DNA of 64,000 nt, from NCBI GenBank assembly GCA_951406725.2, contig OX597831.1, positions 41,912,001 to 41,976,000 of the forward strand. Direction: 5' to 3'. Source of the stretch: Octopus vulgaris (Eukaryota). The position numbers were made by a program, and so were the translations under genes. This document shows positions 13,693 to 26,359 of this stretch, one piece after another. Each line of letters opens with the position of its first letter. Positions within the stretch are counted from its first letter, which is position 1. The notes beneath the pieces are model-generated. The model had not been told where the DNA came from and did no database searches. It saw nothing but the letters and a program-made list of their open reading frames with translations.

Positions 13693-14716
13693 CTAGCAGT
13701 ATCGCCCGGCGTTGCTCGGGTTTGTAAGGGAAATAACTATATAAGCATTTTTAGAGAGTTACTTCCTTTATAGATGCCAATTCGGGCTTTCTTAGCCATT
13801 TCTGTTTTGGTGTCTTCAAGCCATAAAGTCGTTGTTCTAAAAGAACGCTGGTCTCCTTGACAACGCATTACGACGTTGATTTCCTTAAACTCCCTTCCCC
13901 ACAGCTTCACGAGGGAGGGAAGAAGGGGGAGAAGCAAACACAGGTGCAGGTGTTTGAGCGTGGACGCCAACTCCGCCGCCATCGACACACGAAAAATTAT
14001 GCATTAAAATGGAATAAAAAATGATGTTAAATTATTTTTAAAATCGTAGACTCATCGTAGACGCGCGCTAATAGCCAGACGGGCTCGATATTAATCACGA
14101 CTATAAGATACCCGAATTTGGTTAAACTGCACCGCAAAATGTGGGAGGAGTTAGGAATCTAAATCGTAGGAGACAGACACTCACACAACTACAGTTTTAT
14201 ATATATAGACTAGCAGTATCGCCCGGCGTTGCTCGGGTTTGTAAGGGAAATAACTATATAAGCATTTTTAGAGAGTTACTTCCCTTATAAATTCGGGCTT
14301 TCTTAGCCATTTTTGTTTTGGTGTCTTCAAGCCATGAAGTCGTTGTTCTAAAAGAACGCTGGTTTCCTTCACAACGCATTACGACGTTGATTTCTTTACA
14401 CTCCCTTCCCCACAGCTTCACGAGGGAGGGAAGGGGGAGAAGCAAACAGGTGCAGCTGTGAGCGTGGACGCCAACTCCGCCACCATCGACATACGATGCA
14501 TTTTATGCATTAAAATGGAATAAAAAATGATGTTAAATTATTTTTTAAAATCGTAGACTCATCGTTGACGCGCGCTAATAGTCAGACGGGCTCGATATGA
14601 ATCACGACTATAAGATACCCGAATTTGGTTAAACTGCACCGCAAAATGTGGGAGGAGTTAGGAATCTAAATCGAAGGGGACAGACACTCACACAACTAGA
14701 GTTTTATATATATAGA
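13693..14716 (-). mobile_element. Non-autonomous Helitron, head-to-tail dimer (517 + 507 bp)
   Basis: Each unit on the minus strand starts TCTATATATA and ends with hairpin cccgagcaacgccggg followed by CTAG; junction CTAG|TC at 14210/14209; whole array sits between A and T with no TSD. Confidence 0.9.
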
Positions 14717-14719
14717 TAT

Positions 14720-15222
14720 GGCGGCGAGCTGGCAGAATCGTTAGCACGCCGGGCGAAATGCGTAGCCGTATTTCGTCTGCCGTTACGTTCTGAGTTCAAA
14801 TTCCGCCGAGGTCGACTTTGATTAAATAAGTACCAGTTACGCACTGAGGTCGATATAATAGACTTAATCCGTTTGTCTGTCATTGTTTGTCCTCTCTGTG
14901 TGTAGCCCCTTGTGGGTAGTAAAGAAATAGGTATTTCGTCTGCCGCTACGTTCTGAGTTCAAATTCCGCCGAGGTTGACTTTGCCTTTCATCCTTTCGGG
15001 GTCGATTAAATAAGTATCAGTTACGCACTGGGGTCGATATAATCGATTTAATCCGTTTGTCCTCTCTGTGTTTAGCCCCTTGTGGGCAGTAAAGAAATAG
15101 GTATTTCGTCTGTCTTAATGTTCTGGGTCCAAATTCCGACGATAAATTAAGTACCAGTTGCGTACTGAGGTCGATCTAATCGACAAAATTTCGGGCCTTG
15201 TACCTAGAGTAGAAAAGAATAT
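14720..15222 (+). mobile_element. SINE S2 multimer/chimera
   Basis: Head ggcggcgagctggcagaatcgttagc; junction gaaataggtatttc at 14924-14937 and 15094-15107; last unit ends in a different tail (..ggccttgtacctagagtagaaaag). Confidence 0.88.
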
Positions 15223-15409
15223 TTTATACTTAATTCCTTTGCCATCAAATTTCTCTCTATATTTTCTTCTCCATTTATGCCATCGTTTCTTACTCTCTTT
15301 TTTCCAGTTTTTTCCTGCTTCTCACTTTTATTACTTGAGGTTCAATTATTTTCTTTTCATCCATCTACATACATATCTAGGCATCTACCTGCCTATTTCT
15401 TTATTCATT

Positions 15410-15451
15410 TATCTATCTATCTATCCATCCATCTATCTACCATTCTGTCTG

Positions 15452-15541
<90 letters not shown>

Positions 15542-15542
15542 A

Positions 15543-15577
<35 letters not shown>

Positions 15578-15610
15578 ATCTATTTGTTTATCTAGCTATC
15601 TATCTATCCA
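15410..15610. repeat. (TATC)n microsatellite
   Basis: Direct reading. Confidence 0.95.
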
Positions 15611-15845
15611 ACTGTTTACCTACTTCCCTCCCTCCGTCCCTCACTCACTCATTATTTGTCATACCAGTTGAATCTCCATTTCACTTTGCTGATATTTCTT
15701 TTATAATAACTTAGTCCAATTTTTATTAATATTATTTCTGTCTGTTGTCTGACTGCCCTGACTTCTATGTTCTTTATAAGAAGTAGGTCACTCCAGCCTT
15801 AACCACCGGTCGAGGTGTATTCCTTTATGCAAGGAAGGTGGATGG

Positions 15846-15900
<55 letters not shown>

Positions 15901-16673
15901 CATACACCTCTCTGTCTCTTTCTCTCGCTTTCTTTCTTTACAGTGAAGCGTATATCCATGTATGCGAATATGCTTTTCCGGTGTATGCGCAATTTTAACG
16001 TTTCTGAATGGAGAATGCAAGGTGTGCGTGTGTGACACATAATGCTTCGCTGTTTTACAGAATATTTTTGCGTATACGTGCATGCGCAGCGTAGTGATAA
16101 GTGCGAATATCTCTGTGTGTGCGTGTGTGTGTGTTTGTCTCTATTTACATATCTGTCTATATATATATTCTTTTTAATAATGTTATAAAGTAGGTGACTA
16201 AAGAAACTGTCCTGACACATCACTCGCACACGCATACACACAAACACACTGTCAACTATATGTAACCATGACACCCTGTGACGTTAATTTTCCTTCAGCC
16301 ACAGGCAACCCTAAACAATCTACATTCAAATGTTTTCCACCCATGGCCATCCTATCTTGTATTTCAGTTATAATTTCGTTAGTATTTTTTGCAACCGATG
16401 TCTAAGTTCAAATCCCATTGAAGTCAACACTGTATTTTATTTTTTGGGGATCGATAAAGAATAAAAGCACCGAACCAGGGTGGCGAATTTGTGAAACTAT
16501 AAGAAGTTCGGACCGGATGCGGATGCCTACCGACATTTATTGCTGTTCCTTGCGTTCTGAGTTCAAATCCTACTGTGGCTCACAGTGGTGGGAAGACGAT
16601 ATATCGCCCGGCTTAACGCTAGTTTTTGAGGCACCCTAGGTGCTTTTTGCAGAGTCCACTTTATTCAAAGCAC

Positions 16674-17062
16674 GGATCTTTCCGGTTTGAACGGCAGTTT
16701 TTTCTAGCGGTGTCATATGAAATTGTCACCCATATCGATCTATTGCATTTCAATCTGTTTTAGGGTTAGGGTTAGGAGATCTTTTTTTCTTCACAAATGT
16801 GAATAAACCCAATCTGTTTCTTAAACGAGGGACATATTCATACGGCACAGAATGTTTTTACCTCAATGGACGTCAGTGATTGGTTGAAATTGCAGAAATG
16901 GAAGAAAAAAAAACCAACAAATATCTTACAAACTATAGAATTTTCTCAATAAAGCCAAGAGAAAAAGATGTTTTATAAACACATTCTACCAGTATACGAA
17001 GTTTAAAATTTTTAGTTACCTAGAAATTATGTTAAAAACTGCCGTTCAAACCGAAAAGATCC
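16674..17062 (+). mobile_element. Telomere-repeat MITE, family B copy 1 (Merlin-like)
   Basis: TIR ggatctttccggtttgaacggcagtttt / aaaactgccgttcaaaccgaaaagatcc; TSD caaagcac/ccaagcac; internal ttagggttagggttagg. Confidence 0.9.
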
Positions 17063-17216
17063 CCAAGCACTTCGGCCAGGTCTCCAGTTTGATTCTATGC
17101 TTTTTTCCTTCTTTCCTGAAGGTCTTCGGGGCCCTGTGCATGGTTATTATGGCAATTATCTTCTTTCCTAACTAAAGGCCGCAGTCTGATGGCTGAAACA
17201 AGTAAAAATGAATGTA

Positions 17217-17550
17217 GGTACAGGCATAGTTGTGTGGTTAAGAAGTTCGTTTTGCAACTACGTGGTCTCGGGTTCAGTTCCACTGTAGAGCACTTTGGGC
17301 AAGTATCATTTACTATAGCCTTGGGTTGACCAATGCCTTGTAAGTGAATTTAGTTGACGTAAACTGTGTGGCAGCCCATCGTGTATGAGCTTGACAACCA
17401 GTGTTGGTTTGTTTACCTTTCCGTAAATGAACAGTTCGACAAATAAGACCGATAGAATAAGTACTAGACTTGAAAAACAGAAACAGTAATAGGGTCGATT
17501 TGTTCGGTGTTCCGGCATGGCTGCAGTCCAATGACTAAAACAAGCAAAAG
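17217..17550 (+). mobile_element. SINE S1 (diverged)
   Basis: Head, body and tail similarity to 9846-10264; central microsatellite absent. Confidence 0.75.
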
Positions 17551-18949
17551 ATATAGACAAAATCGGTTGGAGCGGATCGTGTTTTTAAAGCCAACTAATA
17601 GGAACAACGATCAAGTTTCGGTTTTATTAGGCCACCTCAGTGAAGCGTATTTCTTTTAAGGACCACGTAATGTAATATGTCCTTTCCGTGTTCATGACGG
17701 TAACATGTGACTTGAAGAAAATTTAGTTGTTATTTCTAGCAGGCTAAGTGACCATGTCGACGATCCCTCCTTGATTTGTATACTTAGTATATTTAGTGCA
17801 GAAGTTGCAATGAGTGGGGGTTGACACACTGTAGAAATGTATGTCAAGTGATAAGAAAACAGGTGTTTCGGCTGGGCTTGGCAGGATGTAGTTTGTAGTA
17901 GAGGCGACGAGAGGGAGTGAGAGAGAGTGTGTGAGAGAGAGTGAGAGAGAGAGAGAGAGAGTGAGAGAGAGAGAGAGAGAAAAGCATATGTGTACTAAAG
18001 GTTGTTGCGTATTGTGAGTTATTCTTTTGTCAATTAACTGAAAAGTTTTCTTTTGTATGTGCTTCACAATATTTAATGTGTGTTGTAGTACTATCCTTGT
18101 TATGTGACTAGTACGCTAAATGATTGGCCACACTTGAATTTTTTAACTAAATTTATATTACTATATCTGATTGCATAAAAGCACGATCGTACTATATGCT
18201 CCAAATTTCAACAGAGCATAGCGAGGAAAATAGTTTAGCGTGCATTAATGCATAGGATCTGTTCAGTTTGGCTCACAGATTTTTTTATCAATTTTTTTTT
18301 TAACTAAACAGTTTGAAATTTAGTATACTGGTGTAATTTCTCGCGCAGAACACGGTTTACTTTGGACATTTTTGACAAAATTTCGTATTTGAGAAGTTAT
18401 TTTCGTATTAAAATTGTCGGTGGGGAGGAGGGTACTAGGCGATTAGATCTACTTCTGGTTCAAAGTGTACTTACTTTATCGACCTCGAAATGGTGAACGG
18501 CAAAGTCGGCTTCGACAGATTTTGAACTGAAGATGTAACGACAGAAGAAATACCGCTAACCCCTTGGTCCATTTTCTTTTCTTTATTTTTAATGATACGA
18601 TTTGAAAGAAAAGTGTTTGCTATTTCTAGCATGTTGGGTAACCATATGGAAGTTTTCTATAGCCGTCACCTTGCAACTATTCAAGTGAAATATTAGCTAT
18701 ATGTGTCCCACTATTAATTAGAGGGCTCCCGAAGGCCATGGCTACACATAAACACACACATACATGTACATATATGAAGAGGGGTATGTATATATATATA
18801 TATGCATATGTGTATAAACGAGCACATATACACACACAGTTGTTGCAGTGGAACATTTCGTATCCAGTCAAATGATCGGGAGCGTGTAATTCGAATAACT
18901 AGGTGTGAAGTTGTAGCCGTATCTATGTACATTACATACACACACATCC

Positions 18950-19036
18950 AGAGCTTACAGCTGTTTCCGCTAAAAGATGCGGTGGACTCATAGTTAAGTG
19001 CCTGAGCAACATCTCACAGCTCCATCAGAGGCTCTA
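18950..19036 (-). ncRNA. Degenerate hammerhead-like motif with extended stem II
   Basis: Minus strand AGAGC cu CUGAUGGA GCU..long hairpin..AGC G GAAA CAGCUG UA AGCUCU. Confidence 0.45.
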
Positions 19037-19089
19037 ACATGAAGAGCAATTTATTTGGAAAAACAACACATTTAAGCATATGCATAAGC

Positions 19090-19471
19090 ATTTGGTTGTG
19101 TACTAAGAAGCTTGTTTCCTAACCACACGTTTCCCGGTTCAGTCAGACTGCATGGCACCTTCGTTAAGTGTCTTTCTACTACAGCATCGGATCGACCAAG
19201 GCTTTGTAAGTGGATTTGGTAGATGGAAACTGAAAAAAAAGCTTGTCGTATGTATACATGTGTGAGTGTATTTGTGTCTGTGTTTGTTCCCCACTTCTTG
19301 ACAACAGGTGTTGGTGTGTTTACGTCCTGTAAGCTAGCGGCTCGGCAAAAAGGGACCGAAGTAGTAAGCTTAGCAAGAAAATAAGTACTAGGATCAAGTC
19401 ATTCGACTAAAAAACTTCTTGAACGTGGTGCCCCAGTATGGTCACAATCTAATGACTGAAACAAGTAAAAG

Positions 19472-19472
<1 letters not shown>
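19090..19472 (+). mobile_element. SINE S1 (diverged)
   Basis: Head, body and tail recognisable; lies tail-to-tail with the next copy. Confidence 0.8.
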
Positions 19473-19534
<62 letters not shown>

Positions 19535-19719
19535 CTCTTTTACTTGTTTCAGGCATTTGACTGTGGGCATGCTGGAGCCCCCAGGACTTATTCTTTGTAA
19601 GCCTAGTACTTATTCTATCGGTCTTTTATGCCGAACCGCTAAGTTACGGGGTCGTAAACACACCAGCATCGATTGTCAAGCGATGTTGGGGGGACAAACA
19701 CAGACACACAAACGTATAC

Positions 19720-19758
<39 letters not shown>

Positions 19759-20327
19759 TATATATATATATATATATATGTATTTGTTGAAATAGAAAGA
19801 TGAATTTTCTTGTTACAGATTATTCAAAAGTTTAACCGATACCTGGGTAGCAAAAATCACAGCAGAAAATACACGGTTGGAGATAAGACCATTTGGTGTT
19901 GCAACCGTGCGTTGGTGCGGATAATTGAAGTTTAATATTATTATTGAATGGAAGAAATGGAGTTGAACGAAGATTGTACAGAATTCCTTTTATTACATTC
20001 TACACATGTTTCAAAGGCCACAAATTTCCAAATTCAGATTTAATCTGAATTTGGAAATTTGTGGCCTTTGAAACATGTGTAGAATGTAATAAAAGGAATT
20101 CTGTACAATCTTCGTTCAACTCCATTTCTTCCATTCAATAATAATATATATATATATGTATATATACATACATACGACGGGCTTCTTTCAGTTTCCGTCT
20201 ACCAAATCCACTCACAAGGCTTTGGTCGGCTCGAGGCTATAGTAGAAGACACTTGCCCAAGGTGCCACGCAGTGGGACTGAACCCGGAACCATGTGGTTT
20301 GTAAGCAAACTACTTACTACACAGCCA
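19535..20327 (-). mobile_element. SINE S1 interrupted in its central microsatellite
   Basis: Tail 19535-19710 and head 20172-20327 are separated by CA/TA tracts and a foreign segment of about 360 bp. Confidence 0.88.
19935..20147. repeat. Perfect 213-bp palindrome (106-bp arms, 1-nt spacer at 20041)
   Basis: atattattattgaatgg...aattcagatt T aatctgaatt...ccattcaataataatat; arms matched by eye without mismatch. Confidence 0.95.
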
Positions 20328-21500
20328 TAGCAGTAATACCCGTCGTTGATCGGGTAATTACTTTTACTCTTTCTTGGAGCTACATTCAAAGTATTGTATA
20401 TATAATTTACTCCTCCTGTATCTGTATATTTTAGAAGAGAAAAACATAATAATTGAAGTAGAAAAAAGATCGGGTACATACACGAACTTCTGTTTGTTTA
20501 TTACATGACAATAATAAGTGAGTTGTATGTGATATTTTATTTATCAATACACTAATGGCAATTATATAATTCACTTCATTTAAATATGTAATTTACTCAT
20601 TCTTGAATGTAATCATAGTAATGGCAAATTAAGTTATTGAAGAATTCGTGTTGCATTAAGAGTCAATATTTCTTTGTAAGCAATGTTTTTTTGTTTTATT
20701 TTGGGGTGTATAAGCAAAGAGATTTGCTTTTGCTCCCACACGTGGTGCTCCTACTTAAAGTTGGCCATGTGAAAAGCGTAGTTTTTCAAGCTGCAATCCA
20801 GCAACTGTTAGTGTTTGGCCCTGAATTTTATTAATGATCATAGCAAAAGTAATTCGTATAGGAAACTGTAACCGCTTAAATTGGAATGGGACATTCGATG
20901 GTATAAATGGTATGCAAGGAATGAAGACGGTCTCACCTTTACCACAACCAGTGAGAATATTTGCCTCAATGCAGTTCCCCATAAATTTATGCACAATTTG
21001 TCTTGTACCATTGCATAATTTTGGTTGAGACAAATTACGCAATAACATAATAGGAGTCCATTTTTTCAGCTGAAGACAATGAAGAGCTGTACCTAGTGGT
21101 TCTAGTAAGTCATGGTGTAGTTAACATTATCACGTGACCGACCAGACCATCAGATGTTGTTACACATCGCTGGTCACAATGCATTCGAATGACGCCACCC
21201 CGCTGGCTAAGCGAGCAGGCCAACAGAAGAAAGAGTGAGAGAAAGTTGTGGTGAAAGAGTACAGCAGGGATCACCATCCCCTACCGGAGCCTCGTGGAGC
21301 TCTTAGGTGTTTTCGCTCAATAAACACTCACAACGCCCGGTCTGGGAATCGAAACCGCGATCCTACGACCGCGAGTCCGCTGCCCTAACCACTGGGCCAT
21401 TGCGCCTCCACAGTTAACATTATACTGATCATCAATAAGACTGTCAATTGAGTTATAAGTGAATACTTCTCCCGAAGGTTTATTCAGTTTATTTACAGCA
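20328..21500 (-). mobile_element. Helitron 3' fragment with decayed Pif1-like helicase
   Basis: ORF 20755..21048(-) MLLRNL..LCNGTR..ILTG.GKGETVFIP.IP...FKRLQFP...FAM.INK.QGQTL...FSHGQL; upstream GEVFTYNSIDS beyond the SINE insertion; 3' hairpin tacccgatcaacgacgggta plus CTA near 20328-20356. Confidence 0.92.
21131..21411 (-). mobile_element. SINE S3 inserted in the Helitron helicase, 12-bp TSD
   Basis: TSD agttaacattat at 21119-21130 and 21412-21423. Confidence 0.92.
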
Positions 21501-21639
21501 ACAGGATAGCTCGCTCACAGAGCCAATCTGTATTATTGTAATTAAGAAGATTCGAAGATTTCAGCTCTTAAATCATCGACGGAATCAGCTGAATTACATA
21601 TTGGATTGAAGGTGGAATTCAGTATTGGATGTTCCAAAT

Positions 21640-22760
21640 GCATAAAGCTTGCTTCCCAACCACATGGTTCGGGTTCAGTTCAACTGCGTGACACTTTGGG
21701 TAAGTGTCTTTTACAATAGTGCCGGGCTGACCAAAGTTTTCTGTATTCGTTTGTGCCTCTCGACCACTTGGAAACCAAAGTTGGTTTATTTACGTCCTAG
21801 TAACTTGGTCGTTGGGCAAAAGAGAACCGTCAGGGTAATTACTGCAGTCGATTTGTTCGACTAAAACCTTTCAAAGCTCGGCCCCACTATGACTGCAATC
21901 CAATAACTGAAACAAGTAATGGATGGATGAGTTAGATCAGAAATGGAAAACATTAATGCGTCAATACTTTGTGATCTACGAGTTGATGGATATAAGCATT
22001 CGGCGTTTCACAAGAAACCAGCAAGCTGGTTAAGAATTTTTAATTGCGTTTGTATTACTTTAAGTACATTAGTTACGGGTGAACAGGTTTTGAGAGAATG
22101 TACTTATTTTACTGTTTGATTGTAACAGTGGGTGGTTTACCGTTCGAGAAAGAATGCAGAGCTTTCAATGAAGAACGTTTATTGCGCAATGTATTTTTTT
22201 CCCTCTATTTTCTCCTGACGGATAAATCGGAAGTTGAAATGAAGTACGAGACAGACAGACAGACAGACAGAGAATTTACTAAAGAATGACACCAGTTGTG
22301 GTGTTGTGTGGTTATAGCTTTTATTTATTTCAGCCATTGCACTCTGGCCATGCTGGGGCACCTCCTTGTAGGGTTTTAGACGAACAAATTGACTCCATTT
22401 CTTATAACTGCCGTGTGTGTATTTGATCCTCACCACTGCTTGACAACCGGTGTTGGTGTGTTTACGCTCCAGTAACTTAGCTGTTTGGCAAGACAGGCCG
22501 ATAGCATAAGTACCAAGTTTTAAAATGTTTTTAAAGTGCTGGAGTCGAATGCATCGACTAAAATTCTTCAAGGCAGTACTCCTAGCATGGCCGCAGTCTG
22601 CTGACTGAAGCAAGTAAAAGAAAAAAACATACTTATTCTATCGGTTCTTTTTTTTTGCCGAACAGCTAAGTTACGGCAATGTAAACAAACCAACACTGGT
22701 TGTCAACCGAAGTGAGAAAATCACAAACACAAAAACACACGTGTACACACACACACACAC
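21640..22760. mobile_element. Cluster of old S1 fragments in both orientations
   Basis: Segments at about 21640-21920(+), 22320-22400(-), 22425-22620(+), 22630-22760(-) match parts of S1. Confidence 0.65.
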
Positions 22761-22976
22761 AATTTTTTTTCGTATGGATTCATAAGAATCAAGGCACATC
22801 AACTCGTAGGACGCCAGAAATGGCTAGGTACGGTAAAATAGAGATCACAATGAAATAAACTACATTGAAGACATTAAGTGTTTGTAGGATACTGTAGGTA
22901 ATGCAAGTACCAAAATCCAAATACCATAAATACAATTCAGGGGTGGATCCTTTGTGAAATGGGTATAAAAAGTAAA

Positions 22977-23576
22977 CACAAATGACGTTTAAAATTTCCG
23001 ACAGCTGTTTCGGTAGAATTTTATTTATTTAATGCAGTAATAAAAGATTACTTCATAATATATAATTTACCAACGTAAAGTAAGATTTTAAACATCGACC
23101 CAGACTTATGATTAAATTTTACATTCGAATATATAGAATTGGGTGTGACTTAAAACAGGCAAATAAGAAACAAAGAGATCATGCAAATATTCATTCTAAT
23201 TTCACTTTTAATGACTTTTTAATTAGAAGTCAAGGCCACGCTATCTCAGTTGATTCTTAAATTATTCGGCGTCATTGCTAAACCACACAATGATCTAGAT
23301 AAGTGAATTCAAATTATATATCTATACGATCTCTCTGTTTCTTATTTGCCTGTTTTAAGCCACACCTAATTATTTTGTATATTGCGATATAAAACTTAAA
23401 TGAGTCATTAGTCCAGCTAATGTTAGCTGTGGCCAAGTCAGTGTTTAAAATCTTACCTGTTTAAAATTTTACCTGACGGTTCTTGATACTACATTTAATA
23501 TGATATTATTTATGACTGCATTAAATAAATGTAATTCTATCGAAACAGCTGCCGTAAATTTTATACGACATTTGTG
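22977..23576. repeat. Diverged fold-back of about 600 bp
   Basis: cacaaatg..cagctgtttcggtagaatt..tttatttaatgcagt pairs with actgcattaaataaa..aattctatcgaaacagctg..catttgtg; inner cttaaaacaggcaaataagaaaca pairs with tgtttcttatttgcctgttttaag. Confidence 0.85.
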
Positions 23577-23830
23577 CTTTCATATATATATATATATATA
23601 TATATGTAATTAGATATAGACTATTACCGATATTAGATTATTGGTGGGTTTCTTACCTTATAAATTAAAATTAACATTTAACATTATAATCGATTTTGAT
23701 ATAATCATAATTGTTAAGTTTTAAGTTTCTAGTTTGATAATAGAGTTTATTATAAGTAAATTATTATATTATTTATATCTTAAAAATATTGTTTAAATAT
23801 TTCTGATTATTTTTAAAATATTTCAATTAA

Positions 23831-23920
23831 CCTGAAGATTGACTGTAACCATAACTCGAATTATTAATTGAATTTAAATTATTGTTATTCGAATTGGTAC
23901 AGCCATGAAACAATCGTAGT
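23831..23920 (+). ncRNA. Hammerhead-like motif with long stem II
   Basis: CUGAAGA uugacuguaacc..ucgaau..auucga..gguacagcca u GAAA caauc GUA. Confidence 0.45.
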
Positions 23921-24527
23921 GTTTTACTCTTTATATTTTATTAAACTTTTAATACTTTTGATATTTAAAAAAATAAATAAATAAATAAATAAATAAATTA
24001 ATTAATTAATTTAATTGCTAATCATCTGTTTTCTAATAAATAACCCCCTTCGAACGTAGGGACATTTTTTTTTTTATGTGTATCAATATCAACTATCGTC
24101 TCTCAATACAAGTATATAAACACAAAACTGATACCAATAAGATATTGTGCTAAATTTCATAGACTGTAATACATCAGCCCTTCTTTCTATAACTTAGCAA
24201 AATAAAATGGTCGAATGGTATATGTATCTACTAAAAAGAAAACGGCGTTTATCGTGAAGTGAAGGTGCTATTTTTAATTTATATTTATTTTTGTTTACAC
24301 CGTCGTGTTATATAACATTTTAAGTAGTTAAGACATTTTGGCTGCTGTTGTAGGAAGAAAAATAGCAGCAATATTTATGACTATTTACAAATACATTCTA
24401 CTTTTGTAAACATGTACAAATACGTACATTGGTGCGTATCAAAATCAATGCTCAAATACTTTACAACGTAAACACATATATATTTCTAAATTCACACGTA
24501 AGCTCTACAAGAATGTGCATATTCATG

Positions 24528-24566
<39 letters not shown>

Positions 24567-25177
24567 CTCACAGTAGATTCTGAAACGCTAGACTTTTCAA
24601 CACACACCAGGTTCTCGGAATTAATTTAAAGACCAAATTTCAGACATGTTTATCTAGAAATCAACCAAGATTCTTTTCGCATTTCCTCGTTATTTTCTCC
24701 ATATCACAAGTCTGTGTTGTATGTATAATGTTTGTATATATGCACACATACACACACACACACACACCACACACACACACACACACACATACACAAAGAC
24801 ATACACACACGTGTAGACGTATACATTTATTACCCTGAAAAGTTGCATAAGTGACTTAAGACCCGAATGATTCATACATTGCCCATATCATACATTTGAA
24901 AATTGCATTTACCAAAATTTCAACCATTGAGACATTCACGAAGCTTTACAGCCGAACAAAACACACACACACACACACACGTACCGACAACATACGCGTA
25001 ATTTCGATGTGTTAGTATATATATATATATAATGTGTGTATATGAATATCTGTATGTATGTATATCGTATTCGTACTTTATATATTCTGGCAGATTCGAA
25101 CAAGAAAATTTGATTGCCGTTGTTTTTCATCATCAGAGATGTATGTACGTTGATGCATGCATGCATGCATGCATGCA

Positions 25178-25208
<31 letters not shown>

Positions 25209-25267
25209 CATACATACATACATACATACATACATACATACATGTGTGTGTTTATGAGTGAAACACT

Positions 25268-25470
25268 TAAGCTCCACGCGGTTCCGGCAGAAGGTAATGG
25301 CGAACTTCTGCTGACTCTTTTGCCACTACTTTCTCTCACTCTTTCCTCCTGCATCTTGCAGCTCACCTGCGACGGACCGGCGTCCCGTCCAGGTGGGGAA
25401 CCTAATTCGCCAAGGAAACCAGGAAACCGGCCCTTATGAGCCAGGTGTGGCTCGAGAAGGAACAAACAAC
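25268..25470 (+). mobile_element. 5'-truncated S3-type SINE with alternative tail
   Basis: aagctccacg..ccggcag..actctttt..actttctctcactctttc body shared with S3; ends in (AAC/AAAC)n. Confidence 0.6.
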
Positions 25471-26146
25471 AAAATCATTCGGTGAAAATGCTTTTCACGA
25501 ATAAAATTTGGAAATAATAAAAAAAAAAACGTCTGAATCAGCCTGTCAGTGAATGCTATTTTGTTATTTCCATTCGCCCATTGTCGATCCAATTAACCAT
25601 TTCGATAACGATCTGCTCGAGATTGCTCTTGCTCCCGATATAAACTTAAATGTTTTCAAAGTGATCTAAGTCAAATTTCACGTTAAAATTAGGGTCCAGC
25701 TTAATAACGGTAACACTGTTTTTCTGAATTCTTCATTATTTTCAAAATATACTAAAACAAATGCAAAGTATTTCGACAGAAATATGGTAACAAAAGTGTT
25801 AAAGTGATCTTAATTCGCATGACCTGTCTTTTTAACAGCGAGTAATTCCAAATATGTAAAAGTCAGTCTCAGGATATATGAATCCGGATAAGTTTCGGTA
25901 ATTTGAGTATATCAAAGGGAACTGGAAACCTGATATGGGATTAGTTAAACGATTTTATCATATAGATATCAATGTTTGATAAAGCAGAACGAAAGGATAC
26001 CATGTGTACACGGGATGTAGAGGAAGATTTAAAATGTCCTTTTCTTCTTCTTCACTTATATAATTCCTAGGAGAACAACACTGACAAAATACCTTATTTC
26101 TGAGAATATATGAAAACTTGGTCATCTATCGCTATCCACATAAAAG

Positions 26147-26293
26147 CAGGTGTGACAGTAGGGTTAAGAAGGTCACTTTGAAACCACGTGGTTTCGGGTT
26201 CAGTCCCGCTGCGTGGCACCTCGGGCAAGTATTTTCTACTATAGCCCGGGCTGACCAATGCTTTGAGAGTGAATTTGTTAACCTGTCACGCGC

Positions 26294-26359
<66 letters not shown>

